A stretch of 64,000 nt of DNA from Anaeromyxobacteraceae bacterium (lineage in GTDB: Bacteria > Myxococcota > Myxococcia > Myxococcales > Anaeromyxobacteraceae), in contig JASGHJ010000001.1 of assembly GCA_047602405.1 (NCBI GenBank), positions 1,120,001 to 1,184,000 of the forward strand, written 5' to 3'. Position numbers and translations under genes: made by a program. Shown in pieces: positions 30,684-40,470 of this stretch (its first letter is position 1; every line of letters starts with the position of its first letter). Under the pieces are notes generated by a model, which made no database searches, was not told the origin of the DNA, and saw nothing but the letters and a program-made list of their open reading frames with translations.

Positions 30684-30858
30684 GGGAATCCCTTCGGTCT
30701 GGAGCGGGGCGCCCGGGCGTCGGGGGAACGCGGGACAGTCCCGTTCCGGACAGTCGCCCGGGTGCGGGTGGGCGGCAACCCCCCAACGCAGCGGAGCCGG
30801 TGTGGGAATTCCGCATACGTGTCGGACGCTTGGCCCGGAGGAGTGGCGCGAACCGGGG

Positions 30859-30951
30859 GTGCCGGACACGGCCTCCCCGCGGTGCCGGACACGCGAGATC
30901 CCGCGGTGCCGGACACCAGGGGTCGGCCGTGCCGGACACGAGCGCGGACAC
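30859..30951. repeat. Array of GTGCCGGACAC motifs at 23-24 bp period
   Basis: Exact copies at 30859, 30882, 30906, 30929 plus degenerate GCGGACAC. Confidence 0.85.
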
Positions 30952-31011
30952 GAGCGCGCAGCCCCGAGCGGATCACGCTCCGGCCGCCTGGCGCGGGCGT
31001 AGCGTCGACGC

Positions 31012-31299
31012 GTGGGCCGGCTCCTCCCCGCGCTGCTCGCGCTGTCCCTGCTCGCCGCCTGCGAGCCCCTCGACCGCGACGTCTTCCGGTGCGAGGAGGC
31101 GATGGCGCGCGTCCTCGACTGTTGCCCGTCGGTGAAGTCGAGCCCGGTGGTGTGCGAGTACGGCGAATCCCCGCTCAGCCCCTACGTCCACACGTTTCCG
31201 GAGGTCGACTGCCTCGTCGGCCTCTCCTGCGCCGGGCTCCTCGAGCGCGGCGCCTGCGCGTGGGCCGAGGCGGGCGGGAAGGACGCGGTGTGCCCGTGA
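31012..31299 (+). CDS. Small Cys-rich lipoprotein
   Basis: Lipobox LAAC followed by 8 more Cys. Confidence 0.7.
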   Translation: MGRLLPALLALSLLAACEPLDRDVFRCEEAMARVLDCCPSVKSSPVVCEYGESPLSPYVHTFPEVDCLVGLSCAGLLERGACAWAEAGGKDAVCP

Positions 31300-31871
31300 T
31301 CGCGCGCGCGTGGCTCGCGGCGGCCACGGTCGCCCTCGCGCTCCCGCTCGCGGCGGGCGCGCAGCAGCCAAAGGCCCCGCCGCCGGAGTTCGACTCGAGG
31401 ACCTCCGGCGAGCTCCTCCTGACCGCCGGCACCTCGGTGCTGCACGGCGTCGGCGAGAGCGCCTGGGGCGTGCGGCTCGGGCTCGGCCGGATGGGGATTG
31501 CGCGGCGTCCCTGGGGTGGGCCGGGCGCGCTCGGCTGGCTCCTGACGGCGGCCTACCAGCGCGGCCTGCGCGACGGCGGCGCGCCGGTCGACGAGGCGCG
31601 GCTCGGGCTCGGCGTGCGCGCGCGCAGCGGGCGGTTCGGCGCGGGCGCGGACGCGGAGCTCCTCCGGCTCTCGGTCGACCGGGCCTCGCGCCCGGGCGCG
31701 CTCGTCGCCACCGGGGCCGCGGTGCGGCTGTCCGGCACGTTCGACCTCACCGAGCCGGACGCGCCGGTGGCGTTCGTCGCGGCCCTCGACGTCAGCCTCG
31801 CGGGCGTCGGCCTCTTCAAGTCGCCGAGCTACGAGCCCTCCATCACGGCGGGGCTCGGGTTACGGTTCTAG
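31296..31871 (+). CDS. Exported beta-barrel-like protein
   Basis: GTGA overlap, signal peptide, ends GLGLRF. Confidence 0.65.
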   Translation: MIARAWLAAATVALALPLAAGAQQPKAPPPEFDSRTSGELLLTAGTSVLHGVGESAWGVRLGLGRMGIARRPWGGPGALGWLLTAAYQRGLRDGGAPVDEARLGLGVRARSGRFGAGADAELLRLSVDRASRPGALVATGAAVRLSGTFDLTEPDAPVAFVAALDVSLAGVGLFKSPSYEPSITAGLGLRF

Positions 31872-31976
31872 GGTCCGGTGCACGAGACCGTCTCGGTGCG
31901 GCCCGTGAACCGAGACGAGACGCGGCGGGCCCCTCGGAAGGGACCCGCCGCGGAGCGCGGGCCAGCGGGGACCGTG

Positions 31977-32702
31977 CTAGCTGCGCAGGAGCTCGCGGGC
32001 GAGGACGTCCCAGTCGTCGCCGGCGAGGGCGGAGGCGAGGCCGTGGACCGGCGTGCCACCGTCCTGGAGGACCATCGCCATCTCGGGATCGGCGCGGAGG
32101 GCGAGGAGCTCGGCGGCGTCGTCCATGAGCTTCTTCGCGGCGGGGCCCGAGTACAGCTGGCGGAAGTTGGCGGTGAGGCGGGAGGGCTTCACCTTGAAGA
32201 GCCAGTCGGCGCCGGGCTTCGCGTTCACGGCGACGACGGTGCCGTCGACGGGAGACAGCGCGGAGACGGACTTGCCGGCGGTGGAGAGGTCGATGGCGGC
32301 CTCGCCCTGGACGACGTGGGCGCCGACGTGGGGCGCGGCCGTCTTCTCCGCGGCGACGAGGCGGCGGGCGAGGTCGTCGAGGCCGACCGCGACGGTGCCG
32401 TCGGCTTCGAGGCGAGCCCAGGTGTGGCCGGGGTGGAGCCAGGCGCCCGCGGGCGGCGGGGCGAACCAGTCGGCGCCGGGGCGCGGGGCGGGCTTCCTCG
32501 CGGCGGGCTTCGCGGCCACGGCCACCGGGGCCGTCTCGGCGAGCGCGGCGGCGGGGACGTTCACGCGGACGTTCGCGGTCGTCTCGGCGCGGCGGGCGCC
32601 CTGCACGTAACGCCAGAAGGGGATGAAGAGGAGGAGGTAGCTGACGGCGAGGAGGTACTCGGCGGCCTTCGCGGGGTAGATGCTCAGGAACTCGTGGCCC
32701 AT
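31977..32702 (-). CDS. Membrane-anchored glycine cleavage H-protein-like protein
   Basis: N-terminal TM helix; HPGHTWARLE, VGLDD, SPVDGTVVAVN, WLFKVK. Confidence 0.8.
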   Translation of the reverse strand: MGHEFLSIYPAKAAEYLLAVSYLLLFIPFWRYVQGARRAETTANVRVNVPAAALAETAPVAVAAKPAARKPAPRPGADWFAPPPAGAWLHPGHTWARLEADGTVAVGLDDLARRLVAAEKTAAPHVGAHVVQGEAAIDLSTAGKSVSALSPVDGTVVAVNAKPGADWLFKVKPSRLTANFRQLYSGPAAKKLMDDAAELLALRADPEMAMVLQDGGTPVHGLASALAGDDWDVLARELLRS

Positions 32703-32789
32703 GACGCGCTCTCGTTCTGCCGGTTGCTTCGGCGGTTTCTCGCGGGCGGCGCTGCCGCCGGCGTGCTGCGTTGAGTTGACCTCGGGTGA

Positions 32790-32864
32790 CTACCGGGTGG
32801 CGAGGTGGTTGAGGGTGGAGACGACGGCGGCCCCGAACATCGCGACGACGAAGGCGAACATCAT
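32790..32864 (-). CDS. 24-aa hydrophobic peptide MMFAFVVAMFGAAVVSTLNHLATR
   Basis: AGGAG RBS 7 nt upstream, host-like codons, just downstream of sigma54 promoter. Confidence 0.55.
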   Translation of the reverse strand: MMFAFVVAMFGAAVVSTLNHLATR

Positions 32865-32918
32865 GGCTGGCTCCTGCTTCCGGTTTGGGTGACCTGCGCA
32901 CTTCCTGAGGCCACCTAT

Positions 32919-32934
32919 TGCGTGTGCCGGGCCA
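32919..32934 (-). promoter_or_regulatory. Putative sigma54 promoter
   Basis: Minus strand TGGCCCGGCACACGCA = GG-N10-GC; AT-rich IHF-like patch near 32968-32990. Confidence 0.55.
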
Positions 32935-33078
32935 ACCGAACCGCGGGTGTCCGGCACCGAGGGAGCTCAGTCATTTCAGCGGCTTGAAAGAGGCGCGTCG
33001 GCGGAGCGAGGCTCCGCCGACGTGGGGTTTCTCTTCACCTGTGGAGGAGTTCAGCGATCCGGCGGGAGCGATTCCGCC

Positions 33079-33873
33079 TCAGCGATCCCGCTGGTCCTGC
33101 TCGAGGACGCGGTAGCCCTCGGCGCTCGGCCGCGACGGCGCGCCGCTCATCGCCATCGCGCCGAGCGCGACGGCCACGAGCACCACCACCGCCACGAGCG
33201 CCGGGCGCCAGGGCCGGATGCGCCACGCGTACGGCCGCTCCTCGGCGCGCTTGAACCGCGGCAGCGCCGCGTACTCGCGCCAGGCCTCCTCGCGCGCCCG
33301 CGCCGCGCCCGCCGGATCGCCGAGCCCGTCGAGCCCCTTCGCGAGGAGGTACCGCCCCTGCACCGTCCCCGGTCGCGCCGCCACCAGCGCGACGAGCGCG
33401 TCCCGGGCGCCGGCGAGGTCGCCCTTCCCGAGCCGCGCCCGGCCGAGCTCGAGGTCGATCTCGCCGAGCCGGTACCCGGGCTCGAGCGAGCGCGCGAGGC
33501 CGAGGACGCGCTCCGCCTCGGCGTGCTGCCCGGTGCGGTCGAGGAGCACGCCGTAGAGGAAGGCGGTGTGCACGTCCTCGTCGCCGGCCTCGAGGTTCGG
33601 CCGGAGCACCTCGAGCGCCCTCCCCGGCCGCCGCGCCTCGAGCAACAGCTGCGCGAGCTCGAACCGCGCGCGCCGGTCGGACGGGTTCGCGGAGAGGGTC
33701 CGCTCGAGCTCGCCGCGGCGGGCGCCGCGCCGCCACGCGCGGAGCGGGTCGGGCAGGAGCCGGAAGGTGACGCGGTCGCCGAAGAACCAGACGGCGAGGA
33801 GCACGAGCGCCGCGGTCACCGGGCTGCCGGTGATCCACGAGAGGAGGATCCACAGGAGCCAGCTCGTGCTCAT
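33079..33873 (-). CDS. Membrane-anchored TPR protein
   Basis: N-terminal TM hairpin, NPSDRRARFELA-type TPR helices, C-terminal TM helix. Confidence 0.8.
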   Translation of the reverse strand: MSTSWLLWILLSWITGSPVTAALVLLAVWFFGDRVTFRLLPDPLRAWRRGARRGELERTLSANPSDRRARFELAQLLLEARRPGRALEVLRPNLEAGDEDVHTAFLYGVLLDRTGQHAEAERVLGLARSLEPGYRLGEIDLELGRARLGKGDLAGARDALVALVAARPGTVQGRYLLAKGLDGLGDPAGAARAREEAWREYAALPRFKRAEERPYAWRIRPWRPALVAVVVLVAVALGAMAMSGAPSRPSAEGYRVLEQDQRDR

Positions 33874-33884
33874 GGCCGCGCATG

Positions 33885-34562
33885 CTACCGCAGCTTCACC
33901 CCGAGCGAGAGGCCCTCCGCGGTGGGCAGCATCGTCGCGAGGAACCGGCCGCCGCGCGCGAGCCGCTCGGAGAAGACCCTGAGTGCGGCCATCGCGGCCG
34001 CGTCCTCGCCCGCCGGGCGCTCCTCGTGCACGTGGCCGAAGCCGAAGGTGTTGTCGGCGAGGAGCACCCCGCCCACCCGCAGGTGCTCCGCCGCCCAGTC
34101 GAGGTAGGCCGGGTAGCCGGTCTTGTCGGCGTCGACGAAGACGAGGTCGAAGGGCCCCTCCGCCTCGACGTCCCGGAGCCGCTCGAGGGCCTTCCCGAGG
34201 TGGACCCGCGCCTGCCGCGCGACGCCGGCCTTCTCGAACGACGCCTGCGCGACCGCGGCGTTGTGGGCCTCGAGCTCGAACGTGTGCAGCACGCCCGCGG
34301 GCCCCATCCCGCGCAGCAGGCACACGCCGCTGTACCCGCCGAGCGTGCCGATCTCGACCGCCTTCCGCGCGTCGGCCAGGCGGGCGAGCACCTCGAGGTG
34401 CCGCCCGTCGAACGTCCCCACCGCGATGGCCGGCAGCCCCTCCCGCACGGAGCGCTCGCGGATCTCGCGCAGCACCGGGTCCTCGGGCGCGTACGTCGCC
34501 TCGGCCCAGGCCGAGAGCGCCGGATCGCCCTGGCCGAACGCCTTCACGGGAGGAGAGCCCAT
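33885..34562 (-). CDS. O-methyltransferase (caffeoyl-CoA/TrmR-like family 3)
   Basis: EIGTLGGYS, FVDADK, ADN motifs; AGGAGG RBS. Confidence 0.9.
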   Translation of the reverse strand: MGSPPVKAFGQGDPALSAWAEATYAPEDPVLREIRERSVREGLPAIAVGTFDGRHLEVLARLADARKAVEIGTLGGYSGVCLLRGMGPAGVLHTFELEAHNAAVAQASFEKAGVARQARVHLGKALERLRDVEAEGPFDLVFVDADKTGYPAYLDWAAEHLRVGGVLLADNTFGFGHVHEERPAGEDAAAMAALRVFSERLARGGRFLATMLPTAEGLSLGVKLR

Positions 34563-34622
34563 GGCCACCTCCTAGCGGCCGCCCCGCGACGCCGCCGCGC
34601 CGGGCCGTGGTAGAACCCGCCC

Positions 34623-35651
34623 GTGATCACCCTGACGGTCTCCGCCGACGCGGCCGGGCAACGGCTCGACAAGTACGTCCGCAAGGCGCTCCGCGACGTG
34701 CCGCTCAGCCACGTCTACAAGATGTTCCGGACGAGGAAGATCCGGGTCAACGGCGCGCGCGGGAAGGCCGAGCAGCTCCTGCAGGGCGGCGACACCATCG
34801 TCATCCGCGGCGACGAGGAGCGGCTCCTCGAGAAGGCGCCCGAGGGCTCGAAGGGGCGCGCGCCGGGCGCCCAGGACCGGATCAAGGTCACCTTCGGCGT
34901 GCTGTACGAGGACGGCGACCTCCTCGTCGTCGACAAGCCGGCCGGCCTCGCCGCGCACCCGGGCACCGGCATCGAGGGCGCGACGCTCGTCGAGATGGCG
35001 CGCGCGCACCTGAAGGTCCCCTCGGACGTGCCGCCCGGCGAGTTCAAGCCCTCGCCCGCGCACCGGCTCGATCGCGAGACGTCCGGCATCGTCGTCGTCG
35101 CGAAGACGCGCCGGGCGATGGTGGGGCTCACGAGGACGTTCACCGACGGCGAGGACGTCGCGAAGGCCTACCTCGCGCTCGTGAAGGGCAAGATGCCGCG
35201 CGAGGCCGGCACCATCGACCAGCCGCTCTCCGAGCACGAGCAGACCGCGCGCTCGAAGGAGAGGCGCGGCACGAACTTCCAGGAGGCGCTCACGCGCTGG
35301 AAGGTCGTCGCGTCGATGAAGGAGGCGTCGCTGCTCGAGGTGCGCATCGAGACCGGCCGCACGCACCAGATCCGCCGGCACATGGAGTCCTCGGGCCACC
35401 CGGTGGCGGGCGACAAGCGCTACGGCGACTTCAACTTCAACCGCACGGTGAAGCAGCGCTGGGGTTTGAAGCGCATGTTCCTCCACGCGTGGAAGCTCGA
35501 GCTCCCGCACCCGGTGACGGGCGCGCGACTGAAGCTCGAGGCGCCGCTCCCGGCGGAGCTCGTGGACGCCCTGGGCAGGGCGAACCTGCAGGGGCCCGCG
35601 AGCGCCCGCCCGGCCGGCCGCAGCGGGACGAAGGACCCGTCCCGGGCGTAG
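34623..35651 (+). CDS. RluA-family pseudouridine synthase with S4 domain (RluC-like)
   Basis: GQRLDKY, DKPAGL, HRLDRETSG, TGRTHQIR. Confidence 0.92.
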   Translation: MITLTVSADAAGQRLDKYVRKALRDVPLSHVYKMFRTRKIRVNGARGKAEQLLQGGDTIVIRGDEERLLEKAPEGSKGRAPGAQDRIKVTFGVLYEDGDLLVVDKPAGLAAHPGTGIEGATLVEMARAHLKVPSDVPPGEFKPSPAHRLDRETSGIVVVAKTRRAMVGLTRTFTDGEDVAKAYLALVKGKMPREAGTIDQPLSEHEQTARSKERRGTNFQEALTRWKVVASMKEASLLEVRIETGRTHQIRRHMESSGHPVAGDKRYGDFNFNRTVKQRWGLKRMFLHAWKLELPHPVTGARLKLEAPLPAELVDALGRANLQGPASARPAGRSGTKDPSRA

Positions 35652-35722
35652 GGCCGTGGGTGCGGCCCGGGGCCGATGGAGCCTTGAGGCGAGCCGCAGT
35701 CCGCGCATAGATTCCTCTCCAC

Positions 35723-38263
35723 GTGACCGACACCCCCGAGAAGACCCCCCCGCCGAGGATGGTCGTGGACGGGCTGCCGCCGCGCCGTCCGTGGTGGAGG
35801 GCGGCCCTGCGCTGGACCCTGTTCCTCGGCCTCGGCGCCGTGAACGCGGCCGTCGTCGCGGGCGTCGTCGTCTACGTCGTCTTCTCCCGCGACCTGCCGG
35901 ACCTCCCGAAGCCCGAGGACTACCGGCCGCCGATCATCACCGAGCTCGTCTCGGCCGACGGGCAGATCGCCGGCGAGTTCTTCACCGAGCGCCGCAAGGT
36001 CGTCCCGTACGAGCGCATCCCGAAGCGGCTCGTGCAGGCCTTCGTCGCCTCCGAGGACCAGTCGTTCTTCGACCACGGCGGCATCGACCTCAAGGGCACG
36101 CTCCGCGCCGCCATCAACACCTTCGTGCTGCGCAAGCGCGTCCAGGGCGGCTCGACCATCACCCAGCAGACCGCGAAGTCGCTCCTCATCTCCAAGGAGG
36201 GCTTCGCGCAGGGCACGAAGAAGAGCCTCTCGCGCAAGCTGCGCGAGCTCATCCTCGCCCGGCGTCTCGAGCAGGAGCTCTCGAAGGAGCAGATCCTCTG
36301 GCTGTACCTGAACGGCGTCTACCTCGGGCACCACAGCTACGGGGTCCAGACCGCCTCCGAGAACTACTTCCGCAAGAACGTCGAGGACCTCACGCTCGAG
36401 GAGGCGGCGCTGCTCGCGGGCCTGCCGCAGGCGCCCTCGCGCTACTCGCCCTTCTCGCACCCGGAGACCGCGAAGGACCGCCGGCGCTACGTGCTCCGCC
36501 GCATGGCCGAGGAGGGGATGATCACGCAGGACGAGCGGCAGCGCGCCGCCGAGGCCGAGGTGAAGGTGCACGGCCTCGACGACATCTTCCGCGAGACCGC
36601 TCCGTTCTACGTCGAGACGGTCCGCCGCGACGTCGTCGCCCGCTACGGCAACGACCGCCTCCTGCGCGACGGCCTCAGGGTCGAGCTCGCCATGGACCTC
36701 GAGGGCCAGCGCGCCGCGCAGGCCGCGATGCTGAAGGGGCTCATGGAGGTCGACCACCGCCAGGGCTACCTCGGCCCGGTCGCGAAGGTCGCCGGAGACG
36801 AGAAGAAGGCCCTCGCGGCGCGCCTCGCGAAGGCGTGGCCGGAGGGCGCGGTCGGCCCCGGCGACTACGCGGTCGGCATCGTCGAGCGGGTGGACGAGAA
36901 GGCCGCCGAGGTCTCCGTCGGCGCGAACCGGGGCCTGTTGCCCATCTCCGGCATGCGGTGGGCGCGCAAGGTGAACCCCGAGCAGCGCTACCCGGACGCG
37001 CTCATCGCGCGGCCGGCGACCGCGGTGAAGGCCGGCGACGTCGTCCTCGTGCGGCGCGTCTCGCGCGAGGAGCTCGTGAAGCGCGAGACCGACGCCGGCC
37101 CGATCGGCAAGCCCAAGGAGGTCCCGGAGGCGCCCCTCCTGCTCTCGCTCGAGCAGGAGCCGAAGCTGCAGGGCGCGCTCGTGTCGGTGGACCCCTGGTC
37201 GGGCTACGTCATCGCGATGGTCGGCGGCTACGACTTCGACGCCTCCGAGTTCAACCGCGCCTTCCAGTCGTGCCGGCAGCCCGGCTCCGCGTTCAAGCCG
37301 GTGCTCTACTCGGCCGCCATCGAGAAGCTCGACTTCAACCCGGCCACCATCCTGACCGACGCGCCCATCGTCTTTCGCGACGACGAGAACAGCTGGAAGC
37401 CGCAGAACTACGGCGAGGAGTTCAAGGGCGACGTGACGCTGCGCACGGCGCTCGTCAACTCCATGAACATCCCGGCGGTGAAGACCTACGAGGCGCTCGC
37501 CGCGAAGTACGGCATGCCGGTGCTCGCCGACTGGGCGAAGACGCTCGGGCTCTCGACGCCGGTGAAGCTCGAGCTCGGCAGCGCGCTCGGCAGCTCCTGC
37601 GTGAACCTGTGGGAGCTCACGAACGTCTACGCGCTCCTCGCGCGCTACGGCGAGAAGCGCCCCTCCACCTTCGTGAAGCGCGTGCTCGACCGCGACGGCC
37701 GGCTCCTCGAGGACCACGCCGACGCGCGCGACGCCTGGGTGCCGCTCGGCGAGCGCCTGGCCGGCGCCGTGGCCGAGGTGAACCGGCCGGTGACGCGGGT
37801 GATGGAGGACAAGACCGCCTACATCCTCGTGCACCTCCTCCGCGAGGTCGCGACCGTCGGCACCGGGGCGCGCGCCGCCGCCCTCGGCAAGCCCGCCGCG
37901 GGCAAGACCGGCACCACCAACGACTCCTTCGACACCTGGTTCATGGGCTTCACCCGCGACGTCGCGACCGGCGTCTGGCTCGGGTACGACATCAACGAGA
38001 CGCCGCTCGGCCGCTACGAGACCGGCGGCCACGCCGCCCTGCCCATCTGGCTCGACTTCATGTCCGCGAAGCTGCGCGGCCGCGAGCAGCCCGAGTTCGA
38101 GGCGCCCGAGGGCATCGTGGAGGTCCGGATCGACCCGGAGACCGGCAAGCTCGCGCGGGAAGGCCAGAAGGGCGTCGAGGAGCCGTTCAAGGTGGGCACC
38201 GAACCCACCGAGGAGTCCGAGCAGGAGAAGAAGCAGGACGTGCAGGACCTGTTCATGCAGTGA
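35723..38263 (+). CDS. mrcA: Penicillin-binding protein 1A
   Basis: EDQSFFDHGG, GGSTITQQ, RKLRE, QPGSAFK (SxxK), SMN, KTGT. Confidence 0.93.
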   Translation: MTDTPEKTPPPRMVVDGLPPRRPWWRAALRWTLFLGLGAVNAAVVAGVVVYVVFSRDLPDLPKPEDYRPPIITELVSADGQIAGEFFTERRKVVPYERIPKRLVQAFVASEDQSFFDHGGIDLKGTLRAAINTFVLRKRVQGGSTITQQTAKSLLISKEGFAQGTKKSLSRKLRELILARRLEQELSKEQILWLYLNGVYLGHHSYGVQTASENYFRKNVEDLTLEEAALLAGLPQAPSRYSPFSHPETAKDRRRYVLRRMAEEGMITQDERQRAAEAEVKVHGLDDIFRETAPFYVETVRRDVVARYGNDRLLRDGLRVELAMDLEGQRAAQAAMLKGLMEVDHRQGYLGPVAKVAGDEKKALAARLAKAWPEGAVGPGDYAVGIVERVDEKAAEVSVGANRGLLPISGMRWARKVNPEQRYPDALIARPATAVKAGDVVLVRRVSREELVKRETDAGPIGKPKEVPEAPLLLSLEQEPKLQGALVSVDPWSGYVIAMVGGYDFDASEFNRAFQSCRQPGSAFKPVLYSAAIEKLDFNPATILTDAPIVFRDDENSWKPQNYGEEFKGDVTLRTALVNSMNIPAVKTYEALAAKYGMPVLADWAKTLGLSTPVKLELGSALGSSCVNLWELTNVYALLARYGEKRPSTFVKRVLDRDGRLLEDHADARDAWVPLGERLAGAVAEVNRPVTRVMEDKTAYILVHLLREVATVGTGARAAALGKPAAGKTGTTNDSFDTWFMGFTRDVATGVWLGYDINETPLGRYETGGHAALPIWLDFMSAKLRGREQPEFEAPEGIVEVRIDPETGKLAREGQKGVEEPFKVGTEPTEESEQEKKQDVQDLFMQ

Positions 38264-38341
38264 CCGGGTTTTCGTAACCGGCCGAAACCTGGGGTACAGT
38301 CGCGGGGTCCCGGGCCCTTCTCGCGCCCGGCGCGGACCCCG

Positions 38342-40420
38342 ATGAACCAGCTCCTCACCAGGCTCGGCGTGAAGCGGACCCTCCTCGTGGTCCTCGCCGC
38401 AGCCGCCATCATCTCGGCGACCCTCACCGGCGCGCTCCTCGGCCGCTCCACCCTGGCCGCGCTGCGCGAGGAGGTCCATCGCCGCGCCCAGGCCGAGGCG
38501 AAGCTCGTCGCGCGCGAGATCGCCTCGCCGATGACGGCGGAGCTCGACAGCGAGGTCGTGGCCGCCCTCGCCTCGTCCTACCGGGACCCGGACCTCGTCT
38601 ACGTCGTCGTCGTCCGCCCTGACTTCGGCTACGTCGCCTCCGACGTGAAGCCCGGCGTCGCCGTCGAGCCGGAGACCCTGCGCAAGCGGCACCTCGAGCG
38701 TCGCGACACCGGCTTCGTCGAGGGGCGCGACATCCTGGGCGTCACCGTTCCGATCGAGGTCCCGGTCGCGGGGGGCATGAACCGGACCGTCGGCTACGTG
38801 CTCGCCGGGCTCTCCACCGCGCGCAACGCCGCGACGGCGGCGAGCATCATCGCCTGGCTCGCGGTGGAGGTGCTGGTCGGCGGGGTGGTGCTCGCGCTCC
38901 TCGCGTTCTTCGCCATCTCCCGCCTCGTGCTGAAGCCCCTCGAGCAGATGGGCCAGGTGGCGCGGCGGGTCTCCGACGGCGACCTGCAGGCGCGCTCCGA
39001 CAAGCTCGGCGACGACGAGCTCGGCGTGCTCGCCGAGGCGATCAACCGGATCGGCGAGAGCCTCAACGAGACGCTCACCCGCGTGCAGAACGTGACCGGC
39101 GGCGTCGCCACCGTCATCGACCGCATCTCCCGCACCGGCTCGGCCGTCTCCTCCGGCGCCGGCACCGTCTCGTCGGAGGCCGTGAAGACCTCCACCTCGA
39201 TGGGCGAGATGATCGCGAGCCTCAAGGGCATCGCCGACAACGTCGAGGTGCTCGCCCAGAGCGCCGAGGAGTCGTCGTCGTCGATCCTCGAGATGGCCGC
39301 CACGAACGACGAGGTGGCCGAGAACATCCAGGCGCTCGCCGCGTCCGTCGAGGAGACCACCGCCGCGATCGAGGAGATGACCTACTCGATCAAGGAGGTC
39401 GCGAAGAACATCGAGGACCTCTCGGCGACCACCGAGGAGACCTCCTCCTCGATGAACGAGATGGACGTCTCCATCTCCCAGGTCGAGACGAACGCCAACG
39501 AGACCGCGAAGCTCTCCGAGCAGGCCCAGCGCGACGCCGAGATGGGCGCCGAGGCGCTCTCCCGCACCCTCGCCGGCATCGACAAGATCAAGGAGTCGTC
39601 GAAGGAGGCCGCGAACGTCATCGAGGCGCTCGGCAAGAAGACCGCCGCCATCGGCAACATCCTGAACGTCATCGACGACGTCGCCGAGCAGACGAACCTG
39701 CTCGCCCTCAACGCCGCCATCCTCGCCGCCCAGTCGGGCGAGCACGGCAAGGGCTTCGCGGTCGTCGCCGACGAGATCAAGGACCTCGCCGAGCGCACCG
39801 GCGCCTCGACGAAGGAGATCTCCGACCTCATCCGCGCGGTGCAGGAGTCCTCGCGCTCCGCCGTCAGCGCCATGGACCGCGGCGTGCGGAACGTCGAGGA
39901 GGGCGTCCGCCTGGGTCAGGAGACCGAGACCGCCCTCAAGAAGATCCAGGAGTCGTCGCAGAAGTCGACGCAGATGGTGAAGGCCATCGCCCGCGCCACC
40001 ATCGAGCAGGCGCGCGGCTCGAAGCAGGTCACGATGGCCATCAATCGCATCGCCGAGACCGTGCAGCAGATCGCGAGCGCCACCGCGGAGCAGGCCCGCG
40101 GCTCCGAGCAGATCATGAAGAGCGCGGAGAAGATGAAGGCGATCACGAAGCACGTCGAGCGGAGCGCGCAGGAGCAGGCGCGCGGCTCGAAGCAGATCAC
40201 CCGCGCCATCGAGTCGATCTCCGAGATGGTCCACCACCTGAACCGCGCCCAGAAGGAGCAGACCAAGGGCTCGGAGCAGGTCATGACCGCCGTCGTGCAG
40301 ATCAAGCAGGTCGCCGAGGCGCAGACGCACTCGGTCCGCGACCTCGAGGCCGCGATCGTGGACCTCGCCAGCCAGGCCGAGATCCTCCGCGGCGAGGTCC
40401 GGCGGTTCCGGGTGAGCTAG
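38342..40420 (+). CDS. Methyl-accepting chemotaxis protein with extended signalling arm
   Basis: Two TM helices, [36 protein letters not shown], repeated EQARGSKQ units. Confidence 0.93.
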   Translation: MNQLLTRLGVKRTLLVVLAAAAIISATLTGALLGRSTLAALREEVHRRAQAEAKLVAREIASPMTAELDSEVVAALASSYRDPDLVYVVVVRPDFGYVASDVKPGVAVEPETLRKRHLERRDTGFVEGRDILGVTVPIEVPVAGGMNRTVGYVLAGLSTARNAATAASIIAWLAVEVLVGGVVLALLAFFAISRLVLKPLEQMGQVARRVSDGDLQARSDKLGDDELGVLAEAINRIGESLNETLTRVQNVTGGVATVIDRISRTGSAVSSGAGTVSSEAVKTSTSMGEMIASLKGIADNVEVLAQSAEESSSSILEMAATNDEVAENIQALAASVEETTAAIEEMTYSIKEVAKNIEDLSATTEETSSSMNEMDVSISQVETNANETAKLSEQAQRDAEMGAEALSRTLAGIDKIKESSKEAANVIEALGKKTAAIGNILNVIDDVAEQTNLLALNAAILAAQSGEHGKGFAVVADEIKDLAERTGASTKEISDLIRAVQESSRSAVSAMDRGVRNVEEGVRLGQETETALKKIQESSQKSTQMVKAIARATIEQARGSKQVTMAINRIAETVQQIASATAEQARGSEQIMKSAEKMKAITKHVERSAQEQARGSKQITRAIESISEMVHHLNRAQKEQTKGSEQVMTAVVQIKQVAEAQTHSVRDLEAAIVDLASQAEILRGEVRRFRVS

Positions 40421-40470
40421 CGGCGGCGGGGCGTTGCCTGGCCCCGCACGCTCCGCACATACTCGCCGGC

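Noticed and set aside
30859..30951. CRISPR array
   Set aside because: Repeat (11 bp) and spacers (12-13 bp) are far too short, and there are no cas genes in the window
35420..40330. 1636-aa minus-strand ORF and similar long ORFs (27849-31871, 45980-49207, 57709-61476, 9632-12868)
   Set aside because: Shadow frames of real genes in very high-GC DNA; low-information Arg/Gly/Ala translations
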